Below, piece after piece: positions 28,892-39,152 of a DNA stretch of 64,000 nt. Made by a program: the position numbers and the translations under genes. Below the pieces are notes generated by a model. That model searched no databases and was not told where the DNA came from. It saw only the letters and a program-made list of their open reading frames with translations. The stretch lies in contig JAHIPV010000013.1 of the NCBI GenBank assembly GCA_018902845.1, forward strand, positions 18,766 to 82,765, read 5' to 3'. The stretch is from Patescibacteria group bacterium. GTDB lineage: Bacteria > Patescibacteriota > Microgenomatia > UBA12405. How positions within the stretch are numbered: position 1 is the first letter of the stretch; every line of letters starts with the position of its first letter.

Positions 28892-29371
28892 ATGTCACGA
28901 AAAGGACCAACAAAACCAAGAAAAACAGAGCCAGACGCCATTTGCAATAGTGAGTTATTGGGTAAAATAATAAATTTTTCAATGAAAAATGGTAAAAAGC
29001 TTGCTACCCAAAAACAGGTTTATTCGGCTCTCGATCTGCTTTCAAAGAAAGGGAAAAAAGAAGCACTTGCTTTAGTTGAACAAGCCATAGAAAACATAAA
29101 ACCAAAGGTAGAAGTACGCCCCAGGCGGATAGGAGGCGCGGTTTATCAAGTTCCAAGGCCGGTTTCTAGCAGAAGACAGCTTTCATTAAGTATTCGCTGG
29201 TTAGTGAATTCAGCCAGGGCCAGGCCTAACAAACAATATCGCACCTTTGGAGAAAAATTAGCAGCCGAAATCACATCGGCTCTAGAAAATGAAGGCTCTG
29301 CCATAAACAAAAAACTAGAAGTCGAAAAAATGGCAGAAGCCAACAAGGCCTTCTCTCACTTGCGCTGGTAA
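28892..29371 (+). CDS. rpsG: 30S ribosomal protein S7
   Basis: MSRKGPTKPRK..LLGKIINFSMKNGKK... S7 pattern. Start at ATG 28892, not the upstream overlapping one. Confidence 0.93.
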   Translation: MSRKGPTKPRKTEPDAICNSELLGKIINFSMKNGKKLATQKQVYSALDLLSKKGKKEALALVEQAIENIKPKVEVRPRRIGGAVYQVPRPVSSRRQLSLSIRWLVNSARARPNKQYRTFGEKLAAEITSALENEGSAINKKLEVEKMAEANKAFSHLRW

Positions 29372-29395
29372 ACATTTTCCTACATACTAAGCTAA

Positions 29396-30838
29396 ATGTC
29401 CCTTTTTACAAAGCCCAAAACAGTTTTCTGGCCTAAAAAGAATTCTCTGGAAATTTATTTTGACAAAAAAGAACAAAATCATTTCACTTTTGATATTAAT
29501 CTTTGGGAAGAAATTTCAGAATCAAACTTAACTGTCCTTAAAAACTTTTTCAATCAAAACAAAATCAAACAAGTCGATTTGCTCGTACCAAACAGGGTCG
29601 CTGTCAACAAATCTTTTATTTATGATTCCAAAATAGACAGCATTGACAAAAATGAACTAGTTGCTTTAGCCAAAGATACGGTTGAATTCAAGATTTATCC
29701 TGATTTTTTAACATCAAAACTCTTTAATCGTGGTGAAAAAACCATTATACAAACAACAATTTATGACAAAAGCAAACTATTGGTATTGAGAAATAATTTA
29801 TCTAGACTTCAATTAAAACTAAAAAAGATTATTTCTATTTCTTCTGCTATCTCATCGTTAATTTCTTCATTTTATCAAAAGAAATATTTTTTAATTTACC
29901 AGACCGACATTTCAGAATTTCTTTGCTTATTGGCAAAAAATAAGTCAGTTTACCTTAGTGTTTCAATAAAAAATATTTCAGCTGAAATACAAAAAAACAT
30001 TAATTATTCCAAGCTTTATTTTTCCTCAACGGTCGATAAGCTGTTTTTACCAAAAAACCTAGACACCAAAGACACACCTCTGGATAATTTTGAAAAAACA
30101 ATCTTACAAGAATCAAAAATAAGTCAAGATTTCAAAAAAGCATCTAATTTTCCACTACCCATCGTCCCGTTCTTTGTAAAAAAATTTACTTTTGACAAAA
30201 CTGGTATAATAAAACATATGCTAGAAGACAACCCCACCATCCAAACAGTTAATGATAGTCCTAAAAAAAACACCACGTCGATCATTTTAGTTTTTATCGC
30301 CACCATTTCCATTGTATCTGCTATTTTGTGGATTCTTCTAAACAAAAATAGTGAGAAAAATTCCGAATCTCTATCTCCAAATCAAGAGGATGAAAATAGG
30401 CTTTCACCGTCTCCCACCTTACTTATCACTCCAACACCGGAAACCAAACAGGTCGAAGTAGACAAAGAAAGTAAAATACAGGTTCTGAATGCCACCGAAA
30501 TTAACGGTCAAGCTGCCACCCTCAAAAAAGACCTGGTCGAACTCGGTTTTGATAACATTGCGGTTGGAAATAGCAACGATGAATTAACTGTCAATACGGT
30601 AAACTACAAAAAATCCCTCGGAGAAATATCAAATTATTTCATTAGTAATTTGGTATCTTTTTCGACGGCGGATTTTAATGATAGCCTAGACGAAGACAGC
30701 ACCTACGATATGGTTTTTATAATTGCTACTGACTTATCAAAATCAAATCAAGACATTGATGAAGATATAACAGAGACAGAAACAGAAACGGAAACCCCAA
30801 TTTTAACTCCAACAGAATCGGCAGACTTGATTGAGTAA
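29396..30838 (+). CDS. Bitopic membrane protein: cytoplasmic N-domain (FtsA/PilM-like?), TM, extracytoplasmic LytR_C-type domain, acidic TETETE tail
   Basis: TM at about aa 295-318. C-terminal KIQVLNATEINGQAATLKKDLVELGFDNIAVGN..VNYKK..DMVFIIATD matches the LytR C-terminal (cell-envelope-related) domain. Inserted between rpsG and fusA. Confidence 0.6.
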   Translation: MSLFTKPKTVFWPKKNSLEIYFDKKEQNHFTFDINLWEEISESNLTVLKNFFNQNKIKQVDLLVPNRVAVNKSFIYDSKIDSIDKNELVALAKDTVEFKIYPDFLTSKLFNRGEKTIIQTTIYDKSKLLVLRNNLSRLQLKLKKIISISSAISSLISSFYQKKYFLIYQTDISEFLCLLAKNKSVYLSVSIKNISAEIQKNINYSKLYFSSTVDKLFLPKNLDTKDTPLDNFEKTILQESKISQDFKKASNFPLPIVPFFVKKFTFDKTGIIKHMLEDNPTIQTVNDSPKKNTTSIILVFIATISIVSAILWILLNKNSEKNSESLSPNQEDENRLSPSPTLLITPTPETKQVEVDKESKIQVLNATEINGQAATLKKDLVELGFDNIAVGNSNDELTVNTVNYKKSLGEISNYFISNLVSFSTADFNDSLDEDSTYDMVFIIATDLSKSNQDIDEDITETETETETPILTPTESADLIE

Positions 30839-30841
30839 TTT

Positions 30842-32131
30842 TTACTCCAATACTTCAATCGCCTTGTTTCCCTCTTTTACTGCATAATTTAATCCGCGGT
30901 CTTCCGGATAAATTTGAGAAAAATTAAACAAAAATACATTATCTAGTTGAGTTTTATAAGCAGGTATCTTTTTTTCATAATCACAATTGACCAAATGTTG
31001 CGCCTTTTCTAATCTAAATAAATATTTTTTCTCTATCTTTTTTGCTTCAAAAGCAGGAAATATCTTTTTTAAGTAAGCCAAAAACAAGCTATAAATCTTT
31101 TCATCTTCCATTTTCCACATATTATTATCTGCCGAAAGATATGTTCCCATATAGTAAACATGTCTGTTTCCATACATTTTTTTGTCAATCAAGTTAGTAT
31201 GTTGGATAAAAGCCAAAAAGGGAGATTCTGAGTCATTTATGTTGTGCCAATAATAATTGCTTAAGTTTTGCTTTGTCGTAAAAACCAGATTTAAGGCTCC
31301 AAGATACTCAATGCTTTTTAGTTTTTTCAAATATTTTTTATTTATTTTTTTATTATCTTCAATTAATTTAGCGAAATTATTCGAATCTATACAGCAAATT
31401 ATTTTTTCAAATTTTCTACTTTTTCCTTTAATCCAAATTTTATTATCAATAATTTTATCAACCTCACTTTTACAAAAAATTTTACCTCCATCATCATCAA
31501 TCCTCTTTATCAATTTGTTTGTAATTAGTTGAAAACCACCTTCCAAATACCCCAATTTTTCTTTTCCAAAAGCATTACTCGATTTTCCTCTAATGTGTAT
31601 TCTTGCCCATAGCCAAGCCATTGATACATCTTTATAAAAATGATGGAATTTACCAATAAGTAAGGGTTTCCAAACGGATTCATAGGCTTTTTTCCCACAC
31701 ATTTTTTTCATCCATTGATCAGCGGAAACCCCTTCAAACTTTTTCCAATTTGTTGTTTTTTGTAAATACAATCCAACCATTCCCATTCTTAACCGATCAA
31801 TCAAGGGAAGGGCCTCAAACTTTAAAAGATCAATAGCTGACACAAAAGCATAGGTTTTTTTATTAAGGTAAAGACCAATCGAACTGTCTTTCCAAACCAG
31901 CTTATTTTCTAATTCCAGTTCCTTAATTAAGTTAATAATTTCTTTATCAGTTTTAAAAATATGATGATATGTCTTTTCCAAATATGTTTTTTCAAGCTTA
32001 AAGCTACTCAGTAAACCACCTAGCTTGTCTGCTTTTTCAAACAAAGATACTCTATATCCCCTTTGTCCCAATCTATAAGCAATCACCAAGCCTGTCAATC
32101 CACCACCCACAACCGCTATTTTTTTCTTCAT
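30842..32131 (-). CDS. FAD/NAD(P)-binding oxidoreductase (amine-oxidase / PPOX / CrtI-like fold)
   Basis: N-terminal dinucleotide-binding motif IAVVGGGLTGLVIAYRL..G..V.LFEK...GG. 429 aa. Confidence 0.7.
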   Translation of the reverse strand: MKKKIAVVGGGLTGLVIAYRLGQRGYRVSLFEKADKLGGLLSSFKLEKTYLEKTYHHIFKTDKEIINLIKELELENKLVWKDSSIGLYLNKKTYAFVSAIDLLKFEALPLIDRLRMGMVGLYLQKTTNWKKFEGVSADQWMKKMCGKKAYESVWKPLLIGKFHHFYKDVSMAWLWARIHIRGKSSNAFGKEKLGYLEGGFQLITNKLIKRIDDDGGKIFCKSEVDKIIDNKIWIKGKSRKFEKIICCIDSNNFAKLIEDNKKINKKYLKKLKSIEYLGALNLVFTTKQNLSNYYWHNINDSESPFLAFIQHTNLIDKKMYGNRHVYYMGTYLSADNNMWKMEDEKIYSLFLAYLKKIFPAFEAKKIEKKYLFRLEKAQHLVNCDYEKKIPAYKTQLDNVFLFNFSQIYPEDRGLNYAVKEGNKAIEVLE

Positions 32132-32163
32132 ATATTTAAATTACTCAATTATTACATTAATTC

Positions 32164-32191
32164 TTGTAAATAAACTGCATCGTGTTAATAT
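32164..32191 (+). promoter_or_regulatory. Candidate fusA promoter TTGTAA-N16-TAATAT
   Basis: TTGTAA 32164-32169, TAATAT 32186-32191. Confidence 0.4.
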
Positions 32192-32199
32192 AGAAAATA

Positions 32200-32226
32200 C
32201 TGCTGTCGCTAACATAGCAACAGCAG
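32200..32226 (+). promoter_or_regulatory. Imperfect palindrome / 5'-UTR stem-loop ctgctgtcgct-aacat-agcaacagcag at the start of the fusA leader
   Basis: 11-bp arms with one mismatch and a 5-nt loop, about 8 nt after the predicted -10 and 10 nt before the fusA ORF. Confidence 0.4.
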
Positions 32227-32236
32227 ATTTTAATTC

Positions 32237-34354
32237 ATGACTGACACAAATAACAAAATTACTACCAAAGACGTAAATATGGCTAAAGTCCGAAATATCG
32301 GAATCATTGCTCATATTGATGCAGGCAAAACCACCAGTACAGAAAGAATACTCTTTTATACGGGGAAAATCCACAAAATGGGTGTTATTGATGAAGGAAC
32401 TACAACTACGGACACTATGATACAAGAAAGAGAAAGGGGAATAACAATTCAATCGGCCTGTATCACCACTTTTTGGAAAGATAATCGTTTTAATATTATC
32501 GATACCCCAGGACATGTAGATTTTACTGCAGAAGTCGAAAGATCTTTGCGTGTCCTTGATGGGGCCATTATGATTTTTGACGGTAATGCTGGAGTTCAGG
32601 CCCAGTCAGAAACGGTTTGGCGCCAAGCCGATAAATACGGCGTACCTAGAATTGTGTTTGTAAACAAAATGGATAAAGTTGGCTCCAGTTTTAATATGTG
32701 CTTGGAAAGCATAAGAACAAAACTAAGAGCCCCCGTTATTCCCATGGTTATTCCAATAGGTGAAGAACATGAGCATATGGGTGTGGTTGATCTGATGGAA
32801 ATGAAAATGATTATTTGGGACAAAGACGAAAAAGGGACAGAATACAGCGTCAAGAAGATTGACAACGAATATAAAGATAGAGCCCAAGAGGCTAGGGACA
32901 AAATGATAGAACAAATTGCCGCAGAAGACGAAAAACTTATGGGAAAATTTTTAAATGATCAAGAAATTTCAGTAGAAGAACTCAAAAAAGTTTTAAGAAA
33001 AGCCACCATAGAAAGAAAATTGTTTCCAATTTACTGTGGTTCTGCATGGAGAAATAAGGGTATACAGCCACTTCTTGATGCCATTGTTGACTATTTACCG
33101 TCTCCATTGGATCTTCCGCCAATAAAAGGCTTTGGTCCACAAACAGAAAAAGAAATTATTAGGAAACCATCAGACGATGAATTTTTATCAGCCCTCCTTT
33201 TTAAAGTTCAGACTGATCCTCATGTGGGTACGCTTTCTTATGTAAGAATTTATTCCGGAATTCTTAAAGCTGGATCAGAAGTCTATAATCCCAACAAACA
33301 AAGTAAAGAAAGAATAGGTCGGCTATTGCTTATGCACGCTGATAAACGGGAAAGTATTCAACTGGGTCATGCAGGAGAAATAGTCGCTTGTATAGGATTA
33401 AAAGAATCAACTACTGGAGACACCCTTTGTGATAAGGATATGCAGATTTCTCTGTCTCCGATTAATTTTACTGACCCGGTTATCTCACTAGCTATTGAAC
33501 CGGCTTCTGCCGATGACCAGGAAAAAATGGGCACAGCTCTCAACAAGCTAGCATCTGAAGACCCAACCTTTAGAGTAGGATTTGACCATGAAACCGGTCA
33601 AACTATTATATCCGGCATGGGAGAACTATATTTAGATATTATAATAGATCGTCTCAAAAGAGAATTTAAGGTAAATGTTAAAACAGGTCAACCTCAAGTT
33701 GCTTACAAAGAAACAATTACCTCCGTTACCAAAGCCGAGGGTAAATATATCCACCAAAGTGGCGGTCATGGGCAATACGGTCATTGTAATATTGAAGTTG
33801 AACCAAAAGACAGAGGCACGGGTTTTGAATTCGTCAATGCGGTAAAGGGCGGTGCTATTCCAAGCAATTTCATTCCATCTATAGAAAAAGGTGTAAAGGA
33901 AGCCTTGATAAATGGCATCATCGCTGGATATCCGGTGGTGGATTTAAAAGTAACGGTCTATGATGGTAGCTATCATGACGTTGACTCTTCTGACAATGCT
34001 TTCAAATTAGCAGGATCCTTTGCCATAAAAGAAGGCGTAAAAAACGCCAAACCCATAATCCTAGAACCAATAATGAAACTTGAAGTAAGTGTTCCTAGCG
34101 AATACTTAGGAACTGTTATTGGAGATCTTTCTTCCAGGCGTGGCCAAATAGAAAGCACGGAAGAATTATTGGGTTTTACCACTATTAATTCCAAAATTCC
34201 TCTAGAAGCTGTTCGTGGTTATGCTACCGTTATTCGAAGTCTAACCCAAGGTAGGGGAAGCTTTTACATGGAGTTTTCCTGTTACGAACCAGTACCAAAA
34301 AATATTCAAGAAGAATTGATTATAGCCAAAAATCCAACTCAAGACAAAAAATAA
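32237..34354 (+). CDS. fusA: Elongation factor G
   Basis: NIGIIAHIDAGKTT G1 motif, DTPGHVDF, and all five EF-G domains. Alternative start at ATG 32279 (MAKVRNIG). Confidence 0.95.
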   Translation: MTDTNNKITTKDVNMAKVRNIGIIAHIDAGKTTSTERILFYTGKIHKMGVIDEGTTTTDTMIQERERGITIQSACITTFWKDNRFNIIDTPGHVDFTAEVERSLRVLDGAIMIFDGNAGVQAQSETVWRQADKYGVPRIVFVNKMDKVGSSFNMCLESIRTKLRAPVIPMVIPIGEEHEHMGVVDLMEMKMIIWDKDEKGTEYSVKKIDNEYKDRAQEARDKMIEQIAAEDEKLMGKFLNDQEISVEELKKVLRKATIERKLFPIYCGSAWRNKGIQPLLDAIVDYLPSPLDLPPIKGFGPQTEKEIIRKPSDDEFLSALLFKVQTDPHVGTLSYVRIYSGILKAGSEVYNPNKQSKERIGRLLLMHADKRESIQLGHAGEIVACIGLKESTTGDTLCDKDMQISLSPINFTDPVISLAIEPASADDQEKMGTALNKLASEDPTFRVGFDHETGQTIISGMGELYLDIIIDRLKREFKVNVKTGQPQVAYKETITSVTKAEGKYIHQSGGHGQYGHCNIEVEPKDRGTGFEFVNAVKGGAIPSNFIPSIEKGVKEALINGIIAGYPVVDLKVTVYDGSYHDVDSSDNAFKLAGSFAIKEGVKNAKPIILEPIMKLEVSVPSEYLGTVIGDLSSRRGQIESTEELLGFTTINSKIPLEAVRGYATVIRSLTQGRGSFYMEFSCYEPVPKNIQEELIIAKNPTQDKK

Positions 34355-34364
34355 TTTGTTAGCC

Positions 34365-34393
34365 TTGCAAACAGTTGTTACAGTTGGTAAAAT
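34365..34393 (+). promoter_or_regulatory. Candidate tuf promoter TTGCAA-N17-TAAAAT
   Basis: TTGCAA 34365-34370, TAAAAT 34388-34393. AGGAG RBS at about 34457. Confidence 0.4.
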
Positions 34394-34466
34394 CATAAAG
34401 CTGTTTTTATGCCAAAATTAGTATAAAATCAATTATTATTAAGATTCTAAAAAAAAAGGAGAAAAA

Positions 34467-35645
34467 ATGTCAGATAGTAAAAAATTTATTCGAAACAAGC
34501 CTCATATTAATGTTGGTACCATTGGACACGTAGATCATGGGAAAACCACCTTAAGTGCCGCTATGGCAAAGGTAGCCGGTAACCCAAAAAGTTATGCTGA
34601 TATCGCCAAGGGTGGTACGGTTCGGGATGAAAACAAAATCGTTACTATTGCTATCGCTCATTTGGAATACGAAACAGAAAAAAGGCACTATGCTCACATC
34701 GATTGTCCCGGACACGCTGATTATGTCAAAAACATGATTACAGGTGCAGCCCAAATGGACGGCGCTATTCTTGTTGTTTCCGCGCCGGATGGTCCCATGC
34801 CTCAAACCAGGGAACATGTTCTTTTGGCCCAACAGGTAAACGTACCAGCCTTAGTAGTTTTCTTAAACAAAGTAGATTTAGTTGAAGACCCCGAATTCCT
34901 TGATCTTGTTGAGATGGAAATAAGAGAACTTCTTAATAAATACAAATTTGATGGCGATAAAGTACCAATTATTCGGGGTTCAGCATTAAAAGCGTTAGAG
35001 GGTGACGAGAAATCAATTGAATCAATCAAGGAATTGATGAACACTCTCGACACTTACATTCCAGAACCAAAAAGAGAACTGGATAAGCCATTTTTGATGC
35101 CGATAGAAGATGTCTTCTCTATAAAAGGCAGGGGAACGGTAGCTACGGGGAGGATCGAGAGAGGCCTTGTTAAGATCAACGACGAAGTTGAAATAGTTGG
35201 TCTAAAAGATACCAAGAAAGTAGTAGTTACGGGAGTAGAAATGTTTCACAAAATGCTCGACCAGGGCCAGGCTGGAGACAATGTTGGTATTTTGCTCCGT
35301 GGTATAGAGAAAAATGAAATTGAAAGAGGTCAAGTTCTTGCCAAGATAGGAACAATCTCTCCACACACCAAATTTAAGGCTGAAATATATCTTCTCAAAA
35401 AAGAAGAGGGCGGAAGACACACACCAATTTTTGCTGGATACAGGCCTCAAATTTTTATTAGAACTACCGATGTTACCGGAAATGTCCTTCTAGAAGAAGG
35501 CGTAGAAATGGTTATGCCGGGAGATAACGCCAACGTTATTATCGAGCTGATCAAACCAATTGCCATGGAAAAAGGTCAACGCTTTGCCATCAGGGAAGGT
35601 GGATTAACAGTAGGGGCGGGAGCCATTACCGAAATTATCCAATAA
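34467..35645 (+). CDS. tuf: Elongation factor Tu
   Basis: [22 protein letters not shown]. 392 aa. Confidence 0.97.
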   Translation: MSDSKKFIRNKPHINVGTIGHVDHGKTTLSAAMAKVAGNPKSYADIAKGGTVRDENKIVTIAIAHLEYETEKRHYAHIDCPGHADYVKNMITGAAQMDGAILVVSAPDGPMPQTREHVLLAQQVNVPALVVFLNKVDLVEDPEFLDLVEMEIRELLNKYKFDGDKVPIIRGSALKALEGDEKSIESIKELMNTLDTYIPEPKRELDKPFLMPIEDVFSIKGRGTVATGRIERGLVKINDEVEIVGLKDTKKVVVTGVEMFHKMLDQGQAGDNVGILLRGIEKNEIERGQVLAKIGTISPHTKFKAEIYLLKKEEGGRHTPIFAGYRPQIFIRTTDVTGNVLLEEGVEMVMPGDNANVIIELIKPIAMEKGQRFAIREGGLTVGAGAITEIIQ

Positions 35646-35648
35646 AAG

Positions 35649-35960
35649 ATGACAAAAGGTAGCCGCATACGAGTCAGATTAAAATCTTTTGATCATCGGG
35701 TTATCGATGAAGCGGCTTTAAAGATAGTTGAAGCTGCGGTTACCGCTGGCGCTAAAATTATCGGCCCTGTCCCTTTGCCAACCCAAAAAAAACTATTTGT
35801 TGTTCTAACTAGTCCACATACAGACAAAGATGCCAGAGAACATTTTGAAGTTCTGATACATAAAAGGCTTATCGATATCGTTAGCACCAGCCTAAGAACA
35901 ATAGATCGTCTTCAGCATTTGGACTTGCCGTCTGGGGTTGAGGTAGAAATTAAAATGTAA
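35649..35960 (+). CDS. rpsJ: 30S ribosomal protein S10
   Basis: 103 aa, S10 pattern ([16 protein letters not shown].., [13 protein letters not shown]). Confidence 0.93.
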   Translation: MTKGSRIRVRLKSFDHRVIDEAALKIVEAAVTAGAKIIGPVPLPTQKKLFVVLTSPHTDKDAREHFEVLIHKRLIDIVSTSLRTIDRLQHLDLPSGVEVEIKM

Positions 35961-35964
35961 AACT

Positions 35965-36624
35965 ATGATTTCAGGTTTCATAATAAAAAAAGGGGACATG
36001 ACTCGGAATTTTCGAGAAGATGGTACCTGTATTCCTATCACCAAGTGTCAGGCACTACCTATTGTCGTTACTCAGGTTAAAACCAGTCATACTAAGCCAA
36101 ACTCAGTTCAATTTGGCTATGGACACAAAAAGAAATTAAGCAACGCGATTTTATCAAAACTTAAGAAGCTCAAAATCAAAAAGACCCCGTCAAGATTTAT
36201 CGAATTCAAGCTTATTTCTGACGATTTACCCCAAATCGGATCAGAAATTAATTTTGAATCTGTATTTTCCTTGGGAGAATTGGTAGACGTTACAGGAAAA
36301 TCAAAGGGAAGAGGTTTTTCCGGTGTTATAAAAAGACATGGTTTTCATCGCCAGCCTGTTACCAGGGGTCAATCGGATCGTACCAGGGCTCCAGGCTCTA
36401 TAGGCGCTCAAACTCCCGGAAAAGTTATTAAAGGTAAAAAAATGCCAGGCCATTTTGGTAATAAGCAAATTACAGTTCAAAATTTGGAAATTATTGCTTT
36501 TGACAAAGATAACAATCAAGTTAGTATCAAAGGTGACTTGCCGGGACACAAAAATTCATGGTTGATAGTTAAAAAGCAAGCGTCAGCTAAGTCTGCGCTA
36601 GAAGTAAAAGGAGTAACAAAGTGA
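35965..36624 (+). CDS. rplC: 50S ribosomal protein L3
   Basis: GKSKGRGFSGVIKRHGF.. L3 signature. Confidence 0.9.
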   Translation: MISGFIIKKGDMTRNFREDGTCIPITKCQALPIVVTQVKTSHTKPNSVQFGYGHKKKLSNAILSKLKKLKIKKTPSRFIEFKLISDDLPQIGSEINFESVFSLGELVDVTGKSKGRGFSGVIKRHGFHRQPVTRGQSDRTRAPGSIGAQTPGKVIKGKKMPGHFGNKQITVQNLEIIAFDKDNNQVSIKGDLPGHKNSWLIVKKQASAKSALEVKGVTK

Positions 36625-37295
36625 AAAAAGTAAAAAAAAGCCCAGACAAAATTTCTTTTAAAATTCCAGTTTACGATCTAGAAGCCAAAAAAACAGGTAG
36701 TTTAGACTTAAACCAGTCTATTTTTGGCCTTAAGCCTAATCCCCAATTATTGGCTCAATCAGCAAGGGTTTATTTATCCAACCAAAGAAAAGCTAGGGCC
36801 AAAACCAAAAATCGGTCCGAAGTCAGGGGTTCAACCAAAAAAATTTGGGCCCAAAAGGGAACTGGTCGTGCCAGACATGGAGATATGAGAGCCCCAATCT
36901 TTGTCGGTGGAGGTATAGCCCATGGTCCCCGAGGCGAACAGAATTATAAACTGAGATTAACTAAAAAAATGAGAAAACTGGCCACAAAAACTATTTTATC
37001 TCTCTTCTTAACTAATAAATCAATTTTAGCTGTCAAGGATTTTGACAAAATTATTCCAAAAACAAAGAAAGCCTTAGGTCTTATTACTGGACTAAAAGCC
37101 AAAGATAAAGTATTATCAAAAAGCAAAAAAATAGGGATTATAATATCTGACTCAAGTCAAAATATTAAACGCGCTTTCAAGAATTTACCCTTTATTTCCG
37201 TATTTTCGTCTAAATCTTTAAGTACTTATCAACTAAGTAGACAGGGCTTTTTGATTTTCAGCAAAAAATCCTTAGACGAATTAAACAAAACATAA
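36621..37295 (+). CDS. rplD: 50S ribosomal protein L4
   Basis: ..KKIWAQKGTGRARHGDMRAPIFVGGGIAHGP.. L4 signature. Confidence 0.9.
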   Translation: MKKVKKSPDKISFKIPVYDLEAKKTGSLDLNQSIFGLKPNPQLLAQSARVYLSNQRKARAKTKNRSEVRGSTKKIWAQKGTGRARHGDMRAPIFVGGGIAHGPRGEQNYKLRLTKKMRKLATKTILSLFLTNKSILAVKDFDKIIPKTKKALGLITGLKAKDKVLSKSKKIGIIISDSSQNIKRAFKNLPFISVFSSKSLSTYQLSRQGFLIFSKKSLDELNKT

Positions 37296-37296
37296 A

Positions 37297-37629
37297 ATGA
37301 TTGCACCAGATAAAATAATATTAAAACCAATAAATACCGAAAAATCACTTATTGATCGTTCCAAGGGTAAATATCATTTTTGGGTTGCGGCAAAATCTAC
37401 CAAAGGGCAAATCTTCCAAGCTTTTGTTTTACTTTTTTCCATTAAGCCTTTAAAAATCAACACTATCAAACTTAAGGGAAAAACAAAAACAAATTGGAAA
37501 AACAGAAAAACATATACCAAGATTAATAGAAAAAAAGCTATCATAACATTAAAAACGGGAACCGAGCTTGATCTTTTTTCTTCAAAAAAGAAAAAAACAA
37601 AGTCTGTCTCTGGCAGAAATAAAAAATAA
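37297..37629 (+). CDS. rplW: 50S ribosomal protein L23 (with Lys-rich C-terminal tail)
   Basis: Position between L4 and L2. KYHFWV.. L23 core. Confidence 0.8.
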   Translation: MIAPDKIILKPINTEKSLIDRSKGKYHFWVAAKSTKGQIFQAFVLLFSIKPLKINTIKLKGKTKTNWKNRKTYTKINRKKAIITLKTGTELDLFSSKKKKTKSVSGRNKK

Positions 37630-38384
37630 TGACAAAAAACAAAAGAATCAAATCACTATTAAAAATTAAAAAAAAGAAAAGCGGCCGGGATTCTTCCGGA
37701 CAAATTTCAGTACGGCACCAGGGCGGAGAACACAAAAGATTTTTAAGAAAAATTGATTGGAAAAGAAATAAGATAGGAATAAAAGCAAAGGTAGTTGCTA
37801 TTGAATATGACCCTAACAGAACCGCAAATATTGCCTTACTCAGTTATGCCGATGGCAGTAAAAGCTATATATTAGCATCTCAAAAACTAAAAATTAATGA
37901 TTATGTTGTTTCTTCACCAGACGCTGATATCAAAGAAGGAAACTGTTTACCGATAAGCAAAATCCCGGCCGGAGTTCCATTCCATTGTTTAGAAATTCAA
38001 CCAGGCAAGGGTGCTCAGTTTGTCAAAAGTGCAGGTTCTGCCGCTTATATCCAAAGCATCGACGGTCAAAAAGCCATTATTAAACTTCCCTCAGGGGAAC
38101 TAAGATTATTTAATATAGATTGCAAAGCCACCATTGGTCAATTAAGTCGTGCAGATTTGGCCAACATCAAACTTAAAAAAGCAGGGGACAAAAGAAACCG
38201 CGGTATTCGTCCTACGGTTAGGGGAGTAGTTCAACATCCCGATTCCCATCCACATGGCGGAGGCGAAGGTAAGAGCAGTATAGGTATGCATCCAAAAACT
38301 CCATGGGGGAAACCAGCTTTAGGTAAAAAAACCAGAAAAAAGAAAAAATATTCAAACAAGTTAATAATTAAGAGAATAAATTAA
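37629..38384 (+). CDS. rplB: 50S ribosomal protein L2
   Basis: ..[19 protein letters not shown].., [15 protein letters not shown] signature. Confidence 0.95.
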   Translation: MTKNKRIKSLLKIKKKKSGRDSSGQISVRHQGGEHKRFLRKIDWKRNKIGIKAKVVAIEYDPNRTANIALLSYADGSKSYILASQKLKINDYVVSSPDADIKEGNCLPISKIPAGVPFHCLEIQPGKGAQFVKSAGSAAYIQSIDGQKAIIKLPSGELRLFNIDCKATIGQLSRADLANIKLKKAGDKRNRGIRPTVRGVVQHPDSHPHGGGEGKSSIGMHPKTPWGKPALGKKTRKKKKYSNKLIIKRIN

Positions 38385-38389
38385 AAAAT

Positions 38390-38668
38390 ATGTCTAGAAG
38401 TTCAAAAAAGGGACCATACATAGACCAGAACTTAAGCAAAAAAGTTGCTAAGCAAAAAGCCGGCGACGGTGCTATTAAGACATGGGCCAGGTCTAGTCAG
38501 ATACCACCAGAATTTATTGCTTATACTTTTCTGGTTCACAATGGAAAAAAATTCATTGAAGTTTATATTACAGAAGATATGGTTGGTCACAGATTAGGTG
38601 AATTTGCCCCAACCAGAACCTTTAGAGGCCATGGACGTGTTGTAAAAAGAACTCTTGAAAAAACTTAA
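38390..38668 (+). CDS. rpsS: 30S ribosomal protein S19
   Basis: [11 protein letters not shown].., [34 protein letters not shown]. Confidence 0.95.
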   Translation: MSRSSKKGPYIDQNLSKKVAKQKAGDGAIKTWARSSQIPPEFIAYTFLVHNGKKFIEVYITEDMVGHRLGEFAPTRTFRGHGRVVKRTLEKT

Positions 38669-38674
38669 ACCTAT

Positions 38675-39097
38675 ATGCCAAAACTTATCAAAAAACAACC
38701 AGTTAAATCTTCACCAATATCAAAGCCTGTTGATAAAGAAAAAAAGATATTTCAGGTTAGTCATACTAACAAAAATATCAAAGCCTCCCCTCGCAAGCTT
38801 AGAATTCTTGCCAACACAATCAAAAAACTCAAGCCGGAAGAAGCATTAATTAGACTAAAGTTAACCAATTCTAAATCAGCCAGACTTCTTTACAAGAATG
38901 TCAAAGCCGTCATAGCTAACGTAAAAAATAATCCAAACTTAGATTTAAATACAATGTCTTTTCATTCAGTCCAAGTGGACGACTCTATTAAATTCAAACG
39001 TATGGATAAATCACACAGTTCTCGTTTTGCTCGGGGACTGATTCAAAAAAGACATAGTCGTCTAAAAATTATTATTTCTGCTAAAATACGCAATTAG
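38675..39097 (+). CDS. rplV: 50S ribosomal protein L22
   Basis: Position and L22-like sequence (..ASPRKLRILANTIK.., KRMDKSHSSRFARG). Confidence 0.85.
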   Translation: MPKLIKKQPVKSSPISKPVDKEKKIFQVSHTNKNIKASPRKLRILANTIKKLKPEEALIRLKLTNSKSARLLYKNVKAVIANVKNNPNLDLNTMSFHSVQVDDSIKFKRMDKSHSSRFARGLIQKRHSRLKIIISAKIRN

Positions 39098-39117
39098 CAA
39101 TTATTTATAAATTATTT

Positions 39118-39149
39118 GGAAATTTAGATTTTAAATTTTAGATTTAATT
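39118..39149. repeat. Dispersed repeat family B copy 1 (ggaaatttagattttaaattttagatttaatt), ends 3 nt before rpsC ATG
   Basis: Near-identical copies at 41999, 49410, 59613. Confidence 0.7.
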
Positions 39150-39152
39150 AAT

